A DNA stretch of 64,000 nt from Dehalococcoidia bacterium (GCA_965237465.1 OZ250138.1:155547-219546); one strand, 5' to 3'. Numbered from the stretch's first letter, positions 20,870 to 31,315 are shown. Made by a program: numbers and translations. The notes: a model not told the origin generated them from the letters alone.

Positions 20870-23170
20870 TCAGACTGCGCCCACCAATTCCGGCTCCGAC
20901 TTTTCGCCGGCCAATTCCTCTGTGGCGCCTTCCCAACCGCATTCCTTGTCGTGGCACTTGGCGTTGTTTCGTCCGTTTGTCAGCACAAGGCCGCTGCAGA
21001 CGGGGCAAGGCTCCGGGCGGGGCGTCTGATTTGTGAGGAAACTGCATGTCGGGTAATTGGAGCAGCCGAAGAACGATCTGCGCGTCTTGCTGGACTGGCG
21101 CTGAACAAGCTCACCGCCGCACTCGGGACACAGCGCTCCGCTGCGCTTTTGTATCCGCTTCATGCCTCGGCAATCCGGGAAGCGCGAGCAAGAAAGGAAC
21201 GGCCCATAGCGTCCCCGCTTGATGACCATGTTGGAGCCGCAGTCATCGCACGTCTCATCGGAATCTTCATCAATATTCTGCACGCGCGGCATGTTTTCCT
21301 GCGCAACTGACAGGCGTTCGGCGAACGGTCCGTAGAAGTCCCGCAACAGCGGCGCCCATTCTCGCCCGCCTCGCGCGACCTCATCCAACTCCTCCTCGAT
21401 CCGGGAAGTGAAGTCGAGGCTGACGACCTCCGGAAAGTACTCCGAGAGCAGGCCTGAGACCGCCGTGCCGAGCTTGAGGGGGCGGAATCGATTGTCCGTC
21501 TTATCCACGTAGCCGCGATCCTGAATTGTGCTCAGGATCGCCGCATAGGTGCTCGGCCGGCCGATTCCTCTCTCCTCCAGCGCCCGAATAAGGGTCGCCT
21601 CTGTGTAGCGCGGCGGTGGTTGCGTGAACCGCTGCGTCGCGCCAATATCTCGCAGGTCGAGGGCTTGCCCCTCCTGGAGATTCGGCAGCACCCGGCCCTC
21701 GTCCGATTCCGGGTCCGGCTCATCAAGGCCCTCGCGATACACGGCCAGGTAGCCTGCAAACGTCATGATTGAGCCGCTTGTTCGCAGGATGTAGTCGCGC
21801 CCGGAACGAGTCGCTGTCGCCAGGATCTCCACGGTGGTCTGATCAAACTTGGCGTCCGCCATCTGGGACGCGACGGCGCGCTGCCAGATCAGCTGATAGA
21901 GATTGAATTGGTCACGGGAGAGAGAGCCGCGCACGGATTCAGGGTCGCGGAAGAAGGACGTTGGGCGGATGGCCTCATGCGCCTCCTGCGCTCCCTTCAC
22001 TCGCCGGGTGTGGGCCCGTGGTGATCCGGGCACAAACTCCTTGCCATACCGTTCCGAAACGAAGCGGCGGACCTCCTGCAGGGCCTCCTGCGCAATGTTG
22101 GTGGAGTCCGTCCGCATATACGTGATCAGTCCGATGGGTCCTTCATTGCCGACGGGAAGTCCCTCATACAGTTGCTGGGCGATGCTCATCGTCCGCCTGG
22201 CGGTAAATCGGAGCTTTCGGAAGGCCTCTTGCTGGAGCGTGGACGTTATAAAGGGAGCGCCAGGCCTCCGCGACGTGTCGCGTCGCCGGACTGACCTGAC
22301 CCGGTACTGGCCGCTGCGAAGGTCTTCAAGCAGCTGCTGCGCGTCCTCTTCATTTGGGATTTCCGTGGCGCGACGCTCCCCGTCCGGTGAGCGAAATCTG
22401 GCGGAAAATGGTTCCGCCGCCTTTGATTCAGTCGCCGCTGAATTCGCGATCGCCGCCAGCAAGGCGTCGATCTCCCAGTACTCCTTCCGCTCAAAGGCCC
22501 CAATCTCTGTCTCGCGATCAACGACGAGCCGGAGCGCTGCCGACTGTACACGCCCTGCCGACAGTCCGCGGCGGACCTTCTTCCACAAGACGGGACTCAG
22601 CTGGTAGCCGACGAGGCGATCAAGGACGCGTCGCGCCTGGTATGCGTTGACGAGGTCGTCATCAATGGCGCGGGGCTCGTCGAATGCCTTCCGCACGGCG
22701 TTCTCCGTCACCTCATGAAACACAATCCTTCGAATGCGGTCCTTTTCGAGGCCGGTCGCCTGCATCAGATGCCATGAGATCGCTTCGCCCTCACGATCCG
22801 GGTCAGTGGCGAGGTACACCATCTCGGCGTCCTTTGTTGCGCTCTTGAGCTCCTTGACCTTGGCCGACTTATCGCGCGGGACGACATAGTCCGGCGCGAA
22901 ATCGTTCTCAACGTCGATGGCGAGCTTGTTCTTGGGGAGATCCCGAACATGGCCGACGGAGGCAAGAACGGAGTATTCGTTGCCCAGTATTCGCGACAGA
23001 GTGCGCGCCTTGGCGGGTGACTCAACGATAACGACGTTGTTGCGGCCGGCGGAGGCGCCGCGCGGAGTCCGCGTCGTTGTCTTGGCGCGCCCGCCTGATG
23101 GCCCCGCGCCCTTTGCTGTCGTGGTCTTGCCGGCGGCGCGCTTGGTTGTTGCCCTTTTTCTGGTGGTCAT
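20870..23170 (-). CDS. topA: DNA topoisomerase I
   Basis: IVESPAKA, ATDPDREGEAI, SAGRVQS, ITYMRTDS, GIGRPSTYA, C-terminal zinc ribbons. Confidence 0.98.
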   Translation of the reverse strand: MTTRKRATTKRAAGKTTTAKGAGPSGGRAKTTTRTPRGASAGRNNVVIVESPAKARTLSRILGNEYSVLASVGHVRDLPKNKLAIDVENDFAPDYVVPRDKSAKVKELKSATKDAEMVYLATDPDREGEAISWHLMQATGLEKDRIRRIVFHEVTENAVRKAFDEPRAIDDDLVNAYQARRVLDRLVGYQLSPVLWKKVRRGLSAGRVQSAALRLVVDRETEIGAFERKEYWEIDALLAAIANSAATESKAAEPFSARFRSPDGERRATEIPNEEDAQQLLEDLRSGQYRVRSVRRRDTSRRPGAPFITSTLQQEAFRKLRFTARRTMSIAQQLYEGLPVGNEGPIGLITYMRTDSTNIAQEALQEVRRFVSERYGKEFVPGSPRAHTRRVKGAQEAHEAIRPTSFFRDPESVRGSLSRDQFNLYQLIWQRAVASQMADAKFDQTTVEILATATRSGRDYILRTSGSIMTFAGYLAVYREGLDEPDPESDEGRVLPNLQEGQALDLRDIGATQRFTQPPPRYTEATLIRALEERGIGRPSTYAAILSTIQDRGYVDKTDNRFRPLKLGTAVSGLLSEYFPEVVSLDFTSRIEEELDEVARGGREWAPLLRDFYGPFAERLSVAQENMPRVQNIDEDSDETCDDCGSNMVIKRGRYGPFLSCSRFPDCRGMKRIQKRSGALCPECGGELVQRQSSKTRRSFFGCSNYPTCSFLTNQTPRPEPCPVCSGLVLTNGRNNAKCHDKECGWEGATEELAGEKSEPELVGAV

Positions 23171-23200
23171 GGATCAGTTCCCTTTAGGTTCTTCTTCGCG

Positions 23201-24379
23201 TCACATTTCTTGAGAGCTTGTCGCCAGGTCCTCGACGGACTCTTCGTCCTCAGTGCGGGACACGCGAGATTGGTAAAGCTCGTGCGCCTCTCGCGTCAAG
23301 ACGTAGTGCATACCGCCCACTTGCCGCACAAGATCGTGCAGCTCCAGGAGAGTCAGCGTACTGGAAACTTCCGGCATTGACATCCCTGAGTCCCGATAAA
23401 TCTCATCAATATGCCGGGGCGAGCGGCTGAGAAGCTTGAGGATCTCAGCCTGCTCCTGGTCGACAGGCTCTGACGTGGAGGCGAGGTTAAGCTGCTGCTC
23501 TGACTGGCTCATGTTGAGCTCTTGCAGGATGTCCTCAGCGTGAAGAACCAACTTGGCCTCGCCTCTCTGAATTAGCAGATTGGGCCCGCGGCTCCTCTCC
23601 GCCAGCGCGCTGCCGGGGACGGCGAACACCTCCCGATTCTGGTCAAGCGCTTGGCGCGCCGTAATCAACGCCCCGCTCTTTTCGTTGCCCTCAATCACCA
23701 ACGCGCCGAGGCTAATTCCACTCATGATGCGATTGCGTCGCGGGAAATGGTCCTTGAGCGGCGGGGTGCCCAAAGGGTAGTCGCTGATGAGTGCGCCATT
23801 CTCCAGGATGTCTCTTGCTAGCGATCGATTCTCCGACGGGTAGACGATATCGACGCCGCTGCCGAGGACGCCGATGGTGCGTCCGCCGGAGAGAAGGGCA
23901 GTGTGGTGGGCGACGGAATCAATGCCGCGGGCAAGTCCGCTCGTGATTGTCAGGCCGGCGCGCGTGAGATCCCTGACGAACTCGCGTGTAACCTCGCGGC
24001 CGTATGGCGTGGCGAGCCTTGTGCCGACGACAGCCAATGCCAGTTCGTCCTCCGGCAGTAGTTCGCCCTTAATGTAGACAACGGGCGGCATATCGTCGAT
24101 CTGTTTGAGGCGAGCCGGATAGTCAGGATCATGCCACGTAAGGGCGCGGACCTTGTGGCGCTCCAGCCGATCAAGTTCATCCATCGGCTCCGTATCGGCG
24201 CGCCCGTTGATGATTGCGGCCACTGTCCGGTCATCAAGTCGTGCGGCCCGGAGCTCGGATTCGGGCGCGTCCCACGCCCGCTTGAGCTCGCCGAAGTGGG
24301 ATTCAAGTGCGCCAAAGCGAACGCGACCCACTCGAGCTATACGGTGGAACGCAATCCAATAGGCAAGATCTTCATTCAC
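23201..24379 (-). CDS. dprA: DNA-processing protein DprA
   Basis: AVVGTR, SGLARGID, FPRRNRIMSG, SGALITA, NREVFAVPG, C-terminal wHTH. Confidence 0.97.
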   Translation of the reverse strand: MNEDLAYWIAFHRIARVGRVRFGALESHFGELKRAWDAPESELRAARLDDRTVAAIINGRADTEPMDELDRLERHKVRALTWHDPDYPARLKQIDDMPPVVYIKGELLPEDELALAVVGTRLATPYGREVTREFVRDLTRAGLTITSGLARGIDSVAHHTALLSGGRTIGVLGSGVDIVYPSENRSLARDILENGALISDYPLGTPPLKDHFPRRNRIMSGISLGALVIEGNEKSGALITARQALDQNREVFAVPGSALAERSRGPNLLIQRGEAKLVLHAEDILQELNMSQSEQQLNLASTSEPVDQEQAEILKLLSRSPRHIDEIYRDSGMSMPEVSSTLTLLELHDLVRQVGGMHYVLTREAHELYQSRVSRTEDEESVEDLATSSQEM

Positions 24380-24502
24380 AAATCACAAGCTAGCGAGTTC
24401 GCATCGGCGGGTCAAGGACGGAGCCAGGGGAGTAAGGCCATGGTTGGAGGGCATCGTTCAACGATGGAGCAATTGTTGGAGCGGCGAAGAAAACGGCGAA
24501 AG

Positions 24503-24593
24503 TGGCGGAGAGAGCGGGATTCGAACCCGCGAGGGCCTGTTAGACCCTACACGCTTTCCAGGCGTGCCTGTTCGGCCACTCCAGCACCTCTCC
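24503..24593 (-). tRNA. tRNA-Ser(GGA)
   Basis: GGAGAGG acceptor stem, anticodon arm CACGC-CT-GGA-AA-GCGTG, long variable arm, GGTTCGAATCC, encoded CCA. Confidence 0.96.
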
Positions 24594-24597
24594 GCGG

Positions 24598-24684
24598 CGG
24601 AGAGGGTGGGATTCGAACCCACGGTCCCCGTGAGGAGACTCCGCTTTTCGAGAGCGACGCCTTAATCCGCTCGGCCACCTCTCC
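24598..24684 (-). tRNA. tRNA-Ser(CGA), no encoded CCA
   Basis: GGAGAGG acceptor stem, anticodon arm TCGCT-CT-CGA-AA-AGCGG, long variable arm, GGTTCGAATCC; followed by CCG. Confidence 0.94.
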
Positions 24685-24703
24685 ATGCAGCCTTACGTTG
24701 GCC

Positions 24704-24709
24704 ATTATA
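24704..24709 (-). promoter_or_regulatory. -10 element for the tRNA pair
   Basis: Perfect TATAAT about 19 nt upstream of tRNA-Ser(CGA). Confidence 0.55.
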
Positions 24710-24919
24710 CGCCGACGCTGCAGAGAGAGTTCAGAAACAATGGACGACGGTAGCTGTTCCGCCGTTGAACAGCGGGCGTCCAAGCAGAGTTTAAGGCCAA
24801 ACAAAATTGACACTGCTTTCCGCTCATGCTTATCATAGTGGCGTCTTCGGCCGTTGCAACATCCGCGATTCGGCCAAATTTCGCGGCGTTGCAGAAAACG
24901 TGTAAGGGGGACGCAGCGC

Positions 24920-25510
24920 GTGTTTAATGGGAAAGCTACCGGGGCGGTCTTTGTGTTGATTGCCGTCCTGGCTCTTGTGATTGGGGCCTGCACAGGGCCC
25001 GCAGGCGAGGTTGGACCGCAGGGAGCGCCTGGCGCAGCCGGGCCGGCCGGCCCGGCTGGACTTGATGGTGATCGAGGATCGGCCGGGACCGCTGGAGCAG
25101 CTGGAGCTTCGGGCGAAGCTGGCGCTTCTGGCGCCCTTGGCGCAGGGGCTGTCAATCCTGAAGCCAATATCAATACCCTGCCGGATTTCATCACGTTGAC
25201 GCCGGGCACTATCCGGGTCACGTTCATGCTCTCCGGATTCCCAAGACGGGATGAAGTGACGCTCAGCATCGTTGAGGCTCTTGGCGCAGGCATCGACCAC
25301 GAAATGGGGACTGACGAGGTGAATTCCTCTGGCGCCCTTGAGATCTTGGTAGGTACCGATAGCGCGCCGGCAATTCCTGCCGACCTGCCGCCGGGTATCT
25401 GGACGGTTAAGGCCACGGGAACTCTCGTGCCTCAGGGCGCCGCCGGACCTGCAGTCGCCAGCGTAGCCATACGAATCTTTGCGCAGGGAGAAAGGCCGCC
25501 GGAGAAGTAG
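24920..25510 (+). CDS. Collagen-like lipoprotein
   Basis: GTG start after AAGGGGG; hydrophobic signal ending IGA-C (lipobox-like); about 17 consecutive Gly-X-Y triplets; beta-rich C-terminus. Confidence 0.8.
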   Translation: MFNGKATGAVFVLIAVLALVIGACTGPAGEVGPQGAPGAAGPAGPAGLDGDRGSAGTAGAAGASGEAGASGALGAGAVNPEANINTLPDFITLTPGTIRVTFMLSGFPRRDEVTLSIVEALGAGIDHEMGTDEVNSSGALEILVGTDSAPAIPADLPPGIWTVKATGTLVPQGAAGPAVASVAIRIFAQGERPPEK

Positions 25511-25536
25511 GGCCAGGCTAAAAGTAGAACGGATAG

Positions 25537-25576
25537 AAACCCCCAGTCGGCGTACGAGGCGCCGGCTGGGGGTTTT
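25537..25576 (+). terminator. Intrinsic terminator
   Basis: AAACCCCCAGTCGGCGT / GCGCCGGCTGGGGGTTTT long hairpin immediately after the CDS. Confidence 0.75.
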
Positions 25577-26000
25577 GCGGTTTGACCGCGTTCCTTTCTT
25601 GCGTCGAACAGAGTTCTCGGTCTTCCAGCCGGCGCAAAGAAGTACGGTTCTCGCGGGCGCTCGATCTTGATGCGACTGAAGTTGAATAGGGCGCCGCAAG
25701 CGGCGGAAGCTACAAACATCCCATCCTTGGTGAATCGAAAATCAGGTCTGCCGACCGCCCCACGGATTCAAGCTTTCTCCGGTGAGAGAAGGCGCGAGGC
25801 GCTGCGAACATTGGGCAGATAGTCTCAATCTGAGGTCATAGCAGATTGGAAAGGCAAATGCTCGCCCAAGCTGTAACCTCTGCCCGATGTTCCATCGGCT
25901 ATACTACGCTGCGGCATCTGCATCCGCGGGAAGTATCGGCCATCCGCTTATCTTCCCAGTTCCCTTCTCCGAGAGGATCTCACGGCACAGGGGGTCGAAG

Positions 26001-27269
26001 ATGAGGCCGTCTGTAACTCTGCAGGACGTCCGCCAGGCCCAGAACGCTATCGCTCATCTAGCGCTCAGGACGCCCATATTTCCTTCGCGCACCCTGGGCC
26101 GGATGGCGGGGTGTGAGCTTTTCCTGAAAGCCGAGAACCTACAGAGAGCAGGCTCCTTCAAGGTCCGGGGCGCCGCCAACAAAATCGCCGGCTTGAGTCC
26201 GGACCAGAAGGCCAGGGGCGTAATTGCCGCCAGCGCCGGCAACCACGCCCAGGGAGTCGCCCTGGCGGCCGGCAATCTTGGCATAAGCTGCACCATCGTA
26301 ATGCCCACGGGCGCTTCCCTCCCCAAGGTAGAGGCCACCCGGGGCTACGGCGCAACGGTGCTCCTCCAGGGCGATGACTTCGACCAATCCCAGCGACACG
26401 CCCGGCGCATCATGCGGGAGAATGGCATGACCTTCATCCCCGCCTTCGACGATCCGGCGATAGTAGCGGGGCAGGGGACCATCGGCCTGGAGATGCTTGA
26501 ACAGGTGGAGAACTTGGACGCGGTTGTAGTGCCCGTGGGAGGCGGAGGCCTTATATCGGGTATCGGCCTGGCCATAAAGGAAACGGCGCCTGGAATCAGG
26601 GTGATAGGAGTTCAGGCTGAGGCAGCCACCGCCGTTGTCGACTCGTACAAGGCTAACCGGCGCGTCACCGTAAAGAGGCAGGCCACTGTGGCCGATGGCA
26701 TTGCCGTGGGCACGCCGGGCAAGATCACCCTTCCCCTGGTTTCACGCTACGTGGACGATATGGTCGTAGTTGAGGAAGATGAGATCACACAGGCTATGAT
26801 GCTGCTCCTGGAGAGAGCAAAGCTGCTCGTGGAAGGCGCCGGCGCGGTCGGACTTGCGGCCGTGCTGGGAGGCAAAATCCAGGTCGAAGGGAAGAGGGTG
26901 GGGGTAGTGCTTAGCGGTGGCAACGTGGACACTCACTTGATAGCGCGGGTCATGGAGCACGGCCTGGCCCACGCAGGCCGCTACCTCGTGCTGCGCATCA
27001 TGTTGGAGGATCGCCCCGGTCAGCTGAACCGTCTCCTGAACATCGTATCCGGCACCGAGGTTAATGTGCTGGACATTGGCCATCTCAGGCATGCCCCATC
27101 GGTGCACTTGGGCCAGGTAGAGATCCAGCTTACTCTGGAGACGAGGAACTACGCCCATACCGAGGAGGTGCGTGAGCGGCTGCGCGCCGCGGGATACGCG
27201 CCCTATGAGAGTGAGCCGGTTGGCAGGCTCGCATTGCCCCTGGAGGGCGGGTCGACTCCGCAAGGGTGA
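26001..27269 (+). CDS. ilvA: Threonine ammonia-lyase with C-terminal ACT domain
   Basis: KAENLQRAGSFKVRGA, SAGNHAQGVA, PVGGGGLISG, SGGN, DRPGQL. Confidence 0.93.
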   Translation: MRPSVTLQDVRQAQNAIAHLALRTPIFPSRTLGRMAGCELFLKAENLQRAGSFKVRGAANKIAGLSPDQKARGVIAASAGNHAQGVALAAGNLGISCTIVMPTGASLPKVEATRGYGATVLLQGDDFDQSQRHARRIMRENGMTFIPAFDDPAIVAGQGTIGLEMLEQVENLDAVVVPVGGGGLISGIGLAIKETAPGIRVIGVQAEAATAVVDSYKANRRVTVKRQATVADGIAVGTPGKITLPLVSRYVDDMVVVEEDEITQAMMLLLERAKLLVEGAGAVGLAAVLGGKIQVEGKRVGVVLSGGNVDTHLIARVMEHGLAHAGRYLVLRIMLEDRPGQLNRLLNIVSGTEVNVLDIGHLRHAPSVHLGQVEIQLTLETRNYAHTEEVRERLRAAGYAPYESEPVGRLALPLEGGSTPQG

Positions 27270-27407
27270 GGCTCGAGTCTCCGCGTCTTCCTCACCGGGC
27301 TCAAGGCTGGAAGTCAACTCGAACAGGCTGGGGAAAGACATGCGCGCCCACAGAATATGCGCGCCGAATCCATCACGCCCCAATTAATATCGTCGTTTCG
27401 TGGGACG

Positions 27408-28715
27408 TTAGGCAGTTGGGAGTGTTGAGGTTTCTCGTTGCTTCTTGGCCTTCTCCGCGGTGGCGCCGTGCAGGACTCGCACCTGGCGAACGCGGCGGCC
27501 GGTCGTCGAGAGGATGGTCATGGAAATGCCGTCTTCATTGACTGCCTCGCCGGGGTGCGGAATGTGCCCCAGGTAGTAGAGGATTAGCCCCCCAACCGTG
27601 TCCACGCCCTCTGCGTGCAGCTCAATGTTGAAAAGTTCATTGATGTATTTCAGAGGAGCTCTGGCGTCCACAATGGCCTCGTTCTCGCTCAGCCTCTCCA
27701 CCAGCGGCTCGCTCACCGTGAATTCGTCGTCAATATCGCCGACGATCTCCTCCAGCAAGTCCTCATTTGTGACAAGGCCGACGAGACTGCCATATTCATC
27801 GACAACCAAAGCGATGTGTACGCGCCTGGCCTGAAACTCCCGCAACAAATCGCCGACCCGCTTTGTTTCCGGGATCATGAGCGGCGGTCGGACGATGGCC
27901 TTGAGGTCCAGGTTCTCGCCCTGCTGGAAAGAGGCCAGCATGTCCTTGGCGTAAAGAATGCCAATCGTGTCGTCCAGACTCCCTCGATACAGCGGCATCC
28001 GACTGTATCCTTCCGCAAGGACTTTCCCGACCGCCTCCTCAAGAGAAGCGCCCGCCGAAATGCCGACGATGTCCGGGCGGGGCACCATGATCTCTCGCAC
28101 AGCAAGGGACTCAAGGCGGATCAGTCCCCGCATGACGTTGCGCTCCCACTCCTCATTTGTTCTAGCGGAAGAATCGCCATTGAGTGCGCCGTTGCCATTA
28201 GCGTCCCGCGCTTCGGCGCGCTCCGACGATGATGCGCCCGATTCTCGTCGGCCCAGCCTCCGCACGAGGGGACTGAAAAGGGAGTGAAGAGCTCCCGCCG
28301 GTACGGAAAGAACGGCGTTGACCAGGGCGGCGACGGGGGCCGTAACGAGGGCTAGCCTTTCGGCATCGTGCCGTCCCCAAACGTGCCCCGCGGCCTGCGC
28401 GAGGATGACTCCCGCAATAGTTGCCGCCAGCGCCGCCGGAGCTGCGAACAGTTCTGAGGGCATGATTATGGCGATTAGACCATAGCTAATCACGGCAAAC
28501 AGGACCGTCGCGGATGATCGCATCATGAGCGCGGCCATTGCCAGGGATTCGTGCGATTCCTGTAGAGCTGCGAGGCGGCGGGCGCCCGGCTGACGGCGCT
28601 GCACCAACCGCTCCAGACGGTCTCCCCGCACGTGGCTAAGGGCGTCCTCCACCGCAACGATCAGCGTCAGGAACACCAGCGCGACGGGATATGCAATAAC
28701 AAGGGCGACAGACAC
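27408..28715 (-). CDS. Hemolysin-family / CNNM protein (DUF21-CBS-CorC)
   Basis: N-terminal TMs, VREIMVPR, GYSRMP, VVDEYG, EDLLEEIVGDI.DE. Confidence 0.92.
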   Translation of the reverse strand: MSVALVIAYPVALVFLTLIVAVEDALSHVRGDRLERLVQRRQPGARRLAALQESHESLAMAALMMRSSATVLFAVISYGLIAIIMPSELFAAPAALAATIAGVILAQAAGHVWGRHDAERLALVTAPVAALVNAVLSVPAGALHSLFSPLVRRLGRRESGASSSERAEARDANGNGALNGDSSARTNEEWERNVMRGLIRLESLAVREIMVPRPDIVGISAGASLEEAVGKVLAEGYSRMPLYRGSLDDTIGILYAKDMLASFQQGENLDLKAIVRPPLMIPETKRVGDLLREFQARRVHIALVVDEYGSLVGLVTNEDLLEEIVGDIDDEFTVSEPLVERLSENEAIVDARAPLKYINELFNIELHAEGVDTVGGLILYYLGHIPHPGEAVNEDGISMTILSTTGRRVRQVRVLHGATAEKAKKQRETSTLPTA

Positions 28716-28853
28716 TAGCTACCCGCCCCCTGGGGATTGGGTTTCACAAAACGACCCCGAACGCGCAAGTATTGGCCGCTGCTTGGAGGTTCCGCCGCGT
28801 CTGCCATAACTGAATCGTCATGCTAGAGAGGAGCGCCGAGAGTGTCAAGACGC

Positions 28854-29585
28854 TCACGACTCCCCGGCGACATTGCGAAAGCTCTGTCGATGAATGGCGG
28901 ATGGCCCCAGGCGGCGCAACGCCTCCAGGTGGAAAGCTGTTCCGTAGCCCTTGTTTCGGCCAAGCCCGTAGCCGGGGAATTGCGTGTCAAGCTCCCGCAT
29001 AGCAGAGTCCCGAGCTACCTTGGCTATGATCGAGGCCGACGCGATGGACAGCGAGACTTGGTCGCCATGGATCAGCGCAGTCTGCAAGAGGTCGCCCGCC
29101 TCCGGCAGCTCAAAGCCGTCGACGAGCAGGCCGTCCACCGCGCCGCCGAGCGCGCCAAGCGCGGTCGTCATTGCCAGACGCGTTGAGGCTGCAATGCCCC
29201 GGCTGTCTATGTCAGAGGGGGGAACCATCACAACGCCCACCGCCGCATCCCGGAGGATGAGCTTGGCCAGACGCTCTCGTTCGCGTTGCGTCAGCCGCTT
29301 GGAGTCGTCGACGTCCTCAAACCATTCGACGGGCTGCCCCGGCAGGACCACGGCAGCCGCGGCCACAGGTCCGGCCAGCGCGCCGCGGCCGGCCTCATCT
29401 ATGCCGGCAATCCTGCGGGCCCCCTTGAGCAGCAGGTCTCGCTCATAGGCAAGGCTGGGGCGCGTTAGTGGCGGGACAACGGCCCGCCGTCGTTTCGAGT
29501 GAGAACCGTCGGGCGGATCAGATTTCAGTTGGGACCTCTCGCGATGCCGCGAGGACCTCCCTGATGTGATTGATTGCGCCGGCAT
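28854..29585 (-). CDS. rnhB: Ribonuclease HII (true start probably internal)
   Basis: GIDEAGRGALAGPV, DDSK.L, IASASIIAKVARD, NKGYGT..H, HRQSF. Confidence 0.95.
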   Translation of the reverse strand: MPAQSITSGRSSRHRERSQLKSDPPDGSHSKRRRAVVPPLTRPSLAYERDLLLKGARRIAGIDEAGRGALAGPVAAAAVVLPGQPVEWFEDVDDSKRLTQRERERLAKLILRDAAVGVVMVPPSDIDSRGIAASTRLAMTTALGALGGAVDGLLVDGFELPEAGDLLQTALIHGDQVSLSIASASIIAKVARDSAMRELDTQFPGYGLGRNKGYGTAFHLEALRRLGPSAIHRQSFRNVAGES

Positions 29586-30108
29586 GTAGATTCGCGTGAG
29601 TCGTCAGAATAATCAGGTAACGGTTGTGCTGCATTCCGCCGCGAGTCTCAATGTCCAGACCTTCTGGCCCAAGCTCATCAATCGTCCTGAGCACCGCCTG
29701 GAACGTGAGGCGCAGGTACTCAAGCAGATCCGCCTTGGGGGGCTCCTGGAAGTGGGCGCGTTGAGTCGCGGTGTAGTCCTGGCCTGTATCGGCTAACGGT
29801 AGGCCGAACTGCTGATAGTAGCCATGGGTCTCATAGATTTCCGGTCGGTTCAGGATCTGCTTGTGGATCAGGGCGTCCTGTACACGCGCGACATGCCACA
29901 GGTAGTAGCCGGCCGATGGCGTCTCGGGGAAGGGTCGCCAGACCATGTCCTCCTCGGACATCGTCTCCACGGCTTGATTGAGCGTCCTTAGACATGACTG
30001 AAATATGCCCGCGAGAGTGTCGCCGGACGTGTACCCGGATCGTTCCTCTGACGGCCCCGGGCGTCTCAGCAGGTCTCGCAATGCGTATGCTATGGCGACA
30101 ATTGACAT
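29518..30108 (-). CDS. DinB-family protein
   Basis: WRP....S.GYYLWHVARVQD and C-terminal H...HAG His pattern. Confidence 0.75.
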   Translation of the reverse strand: MSIVAIAYALRDLLRRPGPSEERSGYTSGDTLAGIFQSCLRTLNQAVETMSEEDMVWRPFPETPSAGYYLWHVARVQDALIHKQILNRPEIYETHGYYQQFGLPLADTGQDYTATQRAHFQEPPKADLLEYLRLTFQAVLRTIDELGPEGLDIETRGGMQHNRYLIILTTHANLHAGAINHIREVLAASREVPTEI

Positions 30109-30132
30109 GGCGTCCTCTATCCGATTCCGATT

Positions 30133-31269
30133 TTACAATGCGCCGGCAAGCGCCGTGGCATCGTCAGGCGTGAAATCCGCTATCGATGCGTCAATGACCC
30201 CGCCGCCCAACATGCGCTCGCCATCATAAAGAACAACAGCCTGGCCGGGTGTCACCGCGCGCTGGGGCTCATCAAACATAAGGGTGAAGGCGCCTTCGCC
30301 GGCGGCGGTTGCGAGGGCAGGCATGTCCGGCGACTTGTAGCGCACCTTTGCCGTGACCCGTCGCGGCGCGTCGCCGTTGCTCCGATCGGCGTCCAGGAAC
30401 GTTGCCCCTGACGCGCGCAGCCCGTGCGAAACCAGCTTTTCCTCGGGGCCAATGACAATAGTATTGTCGGCGGCGTCGATATCAACGACGTACATTCGCG
30501 CTCCCCCAGGGGAGGGCGGCAGGCCCTTTCTCTGGCCGATTGTGTACCCTGCCGTGCCCATATGGGCCCCGACACGCTTGCCGTCAATGTCCAGGATGAG
30601 GCCGGGCGTCTGATCTATGTGCTGCGACAGGAAAGTTCGATAATCCCCGGACGGCACAAAACAGATCTCCTGGCTGTCCGGCTTGTCCGCCACCGGAAGC
30701 TCAAGTTTATGCGCGATTCGGCGAACGTCACGCTTGGGCATCTCGCCAATGGGAAACAGGGATCTGCGGAGCTCCTCCTGATGCAGCCCGTACAGGACAT
30801 ACGTCTGATCCTTTGATGCATCGACCGCCTTGTGCAGCTCGACTGAGCCGTCCAGGCCTTCTCGCCGGCGCACGTAGTGTCCGGTGGCGATCCGGGATGC
30901 CTCAAGAGCCAGCGCCCGCTGCAAGAAGAACGCAAACTTTATCTTGTCGTTGCAGGCGATACACGGATGCGGCGTGCGGCCGCTGCGGTACTCCGATATG
31001 AAATAGTCGATCACGTGCTTCTTGAATTCCTGCTCAAAGTTCAGAACGTAGTGGGGGAAGTTGAGTTTCTGGGCGACGCGTCGCGCGTCCACCGTGTCCT
31101 CCACGGAGCAACAGGCGCGGTTATGCCGTGAAGCGCCCTCCACCTCGTCGCTCCAGAGGCGCATAGTCACGCCTATAACGTCATAACCCTGCTCCTTGAG
31201 CAGGTAGGCGGCCACGGAGGAATCGACCCCTCCGCTCATGGCGACAATGACGCGTTCCGATGTACTCAT
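30133..31269 (-). CDS. mnmA: tRNA 2-thiouridylase MnmA
   Basis: AMSGGVDSSV, GRTPHPCIACN, ATGHY, KDQTY, DSQEICF, TIGQRKG, TPGQ. Confidence 0.98.
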   Translation of the reverse strand: MSTSERVIVAMSGGVDSSVAAYLLKEQGYDVIGVTMRLWSDEVEGASRHNRACCSVEDTVDARRVAQKLNFPHYVLNFEQEFKKHVIDYFISEYRSGRTPHPCIACNDKIKFAFFLQRALALEASRIATGHYVRRREGLDGSVELHKAVDASKDQTYVLYGLHQEELRRSLFPIGEMPKRDVRRIAHKLELPVADKPDSQEICFVPSGDYRTFLSQHIDQTPGLILDIDGKRVGAHMGTAGYTIGQRKGLPPSPGGARMYVVDIDAADNTIVIGPEEKLVSHGLRASGATFLDADRSNGDAPRRVTAKVRYKSPDMPALATAAGEGAFTLMFDEPQRAVTPGQAVVLYDGERMLGGGVIDASIADFTPDDATALAGAL

Positions 31270-31315
31270 GGCTTGACTCCAGAATACCCAATCCCACTTG
31301 CGCCCGCAAAGCCTC

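Noticed and set aside
24131-24838. 235-aa plus-strand ORF
   Set aside because: Overlaps dprA antisense and both tRNA genes; spurious
24503-27400. tRNA-anchored genomic island containing the collagen gene and ilvA
   Set aside because: Genes lie on the 5' side of the tRNAs; no integrase and no duplicated tRNA 3' end found
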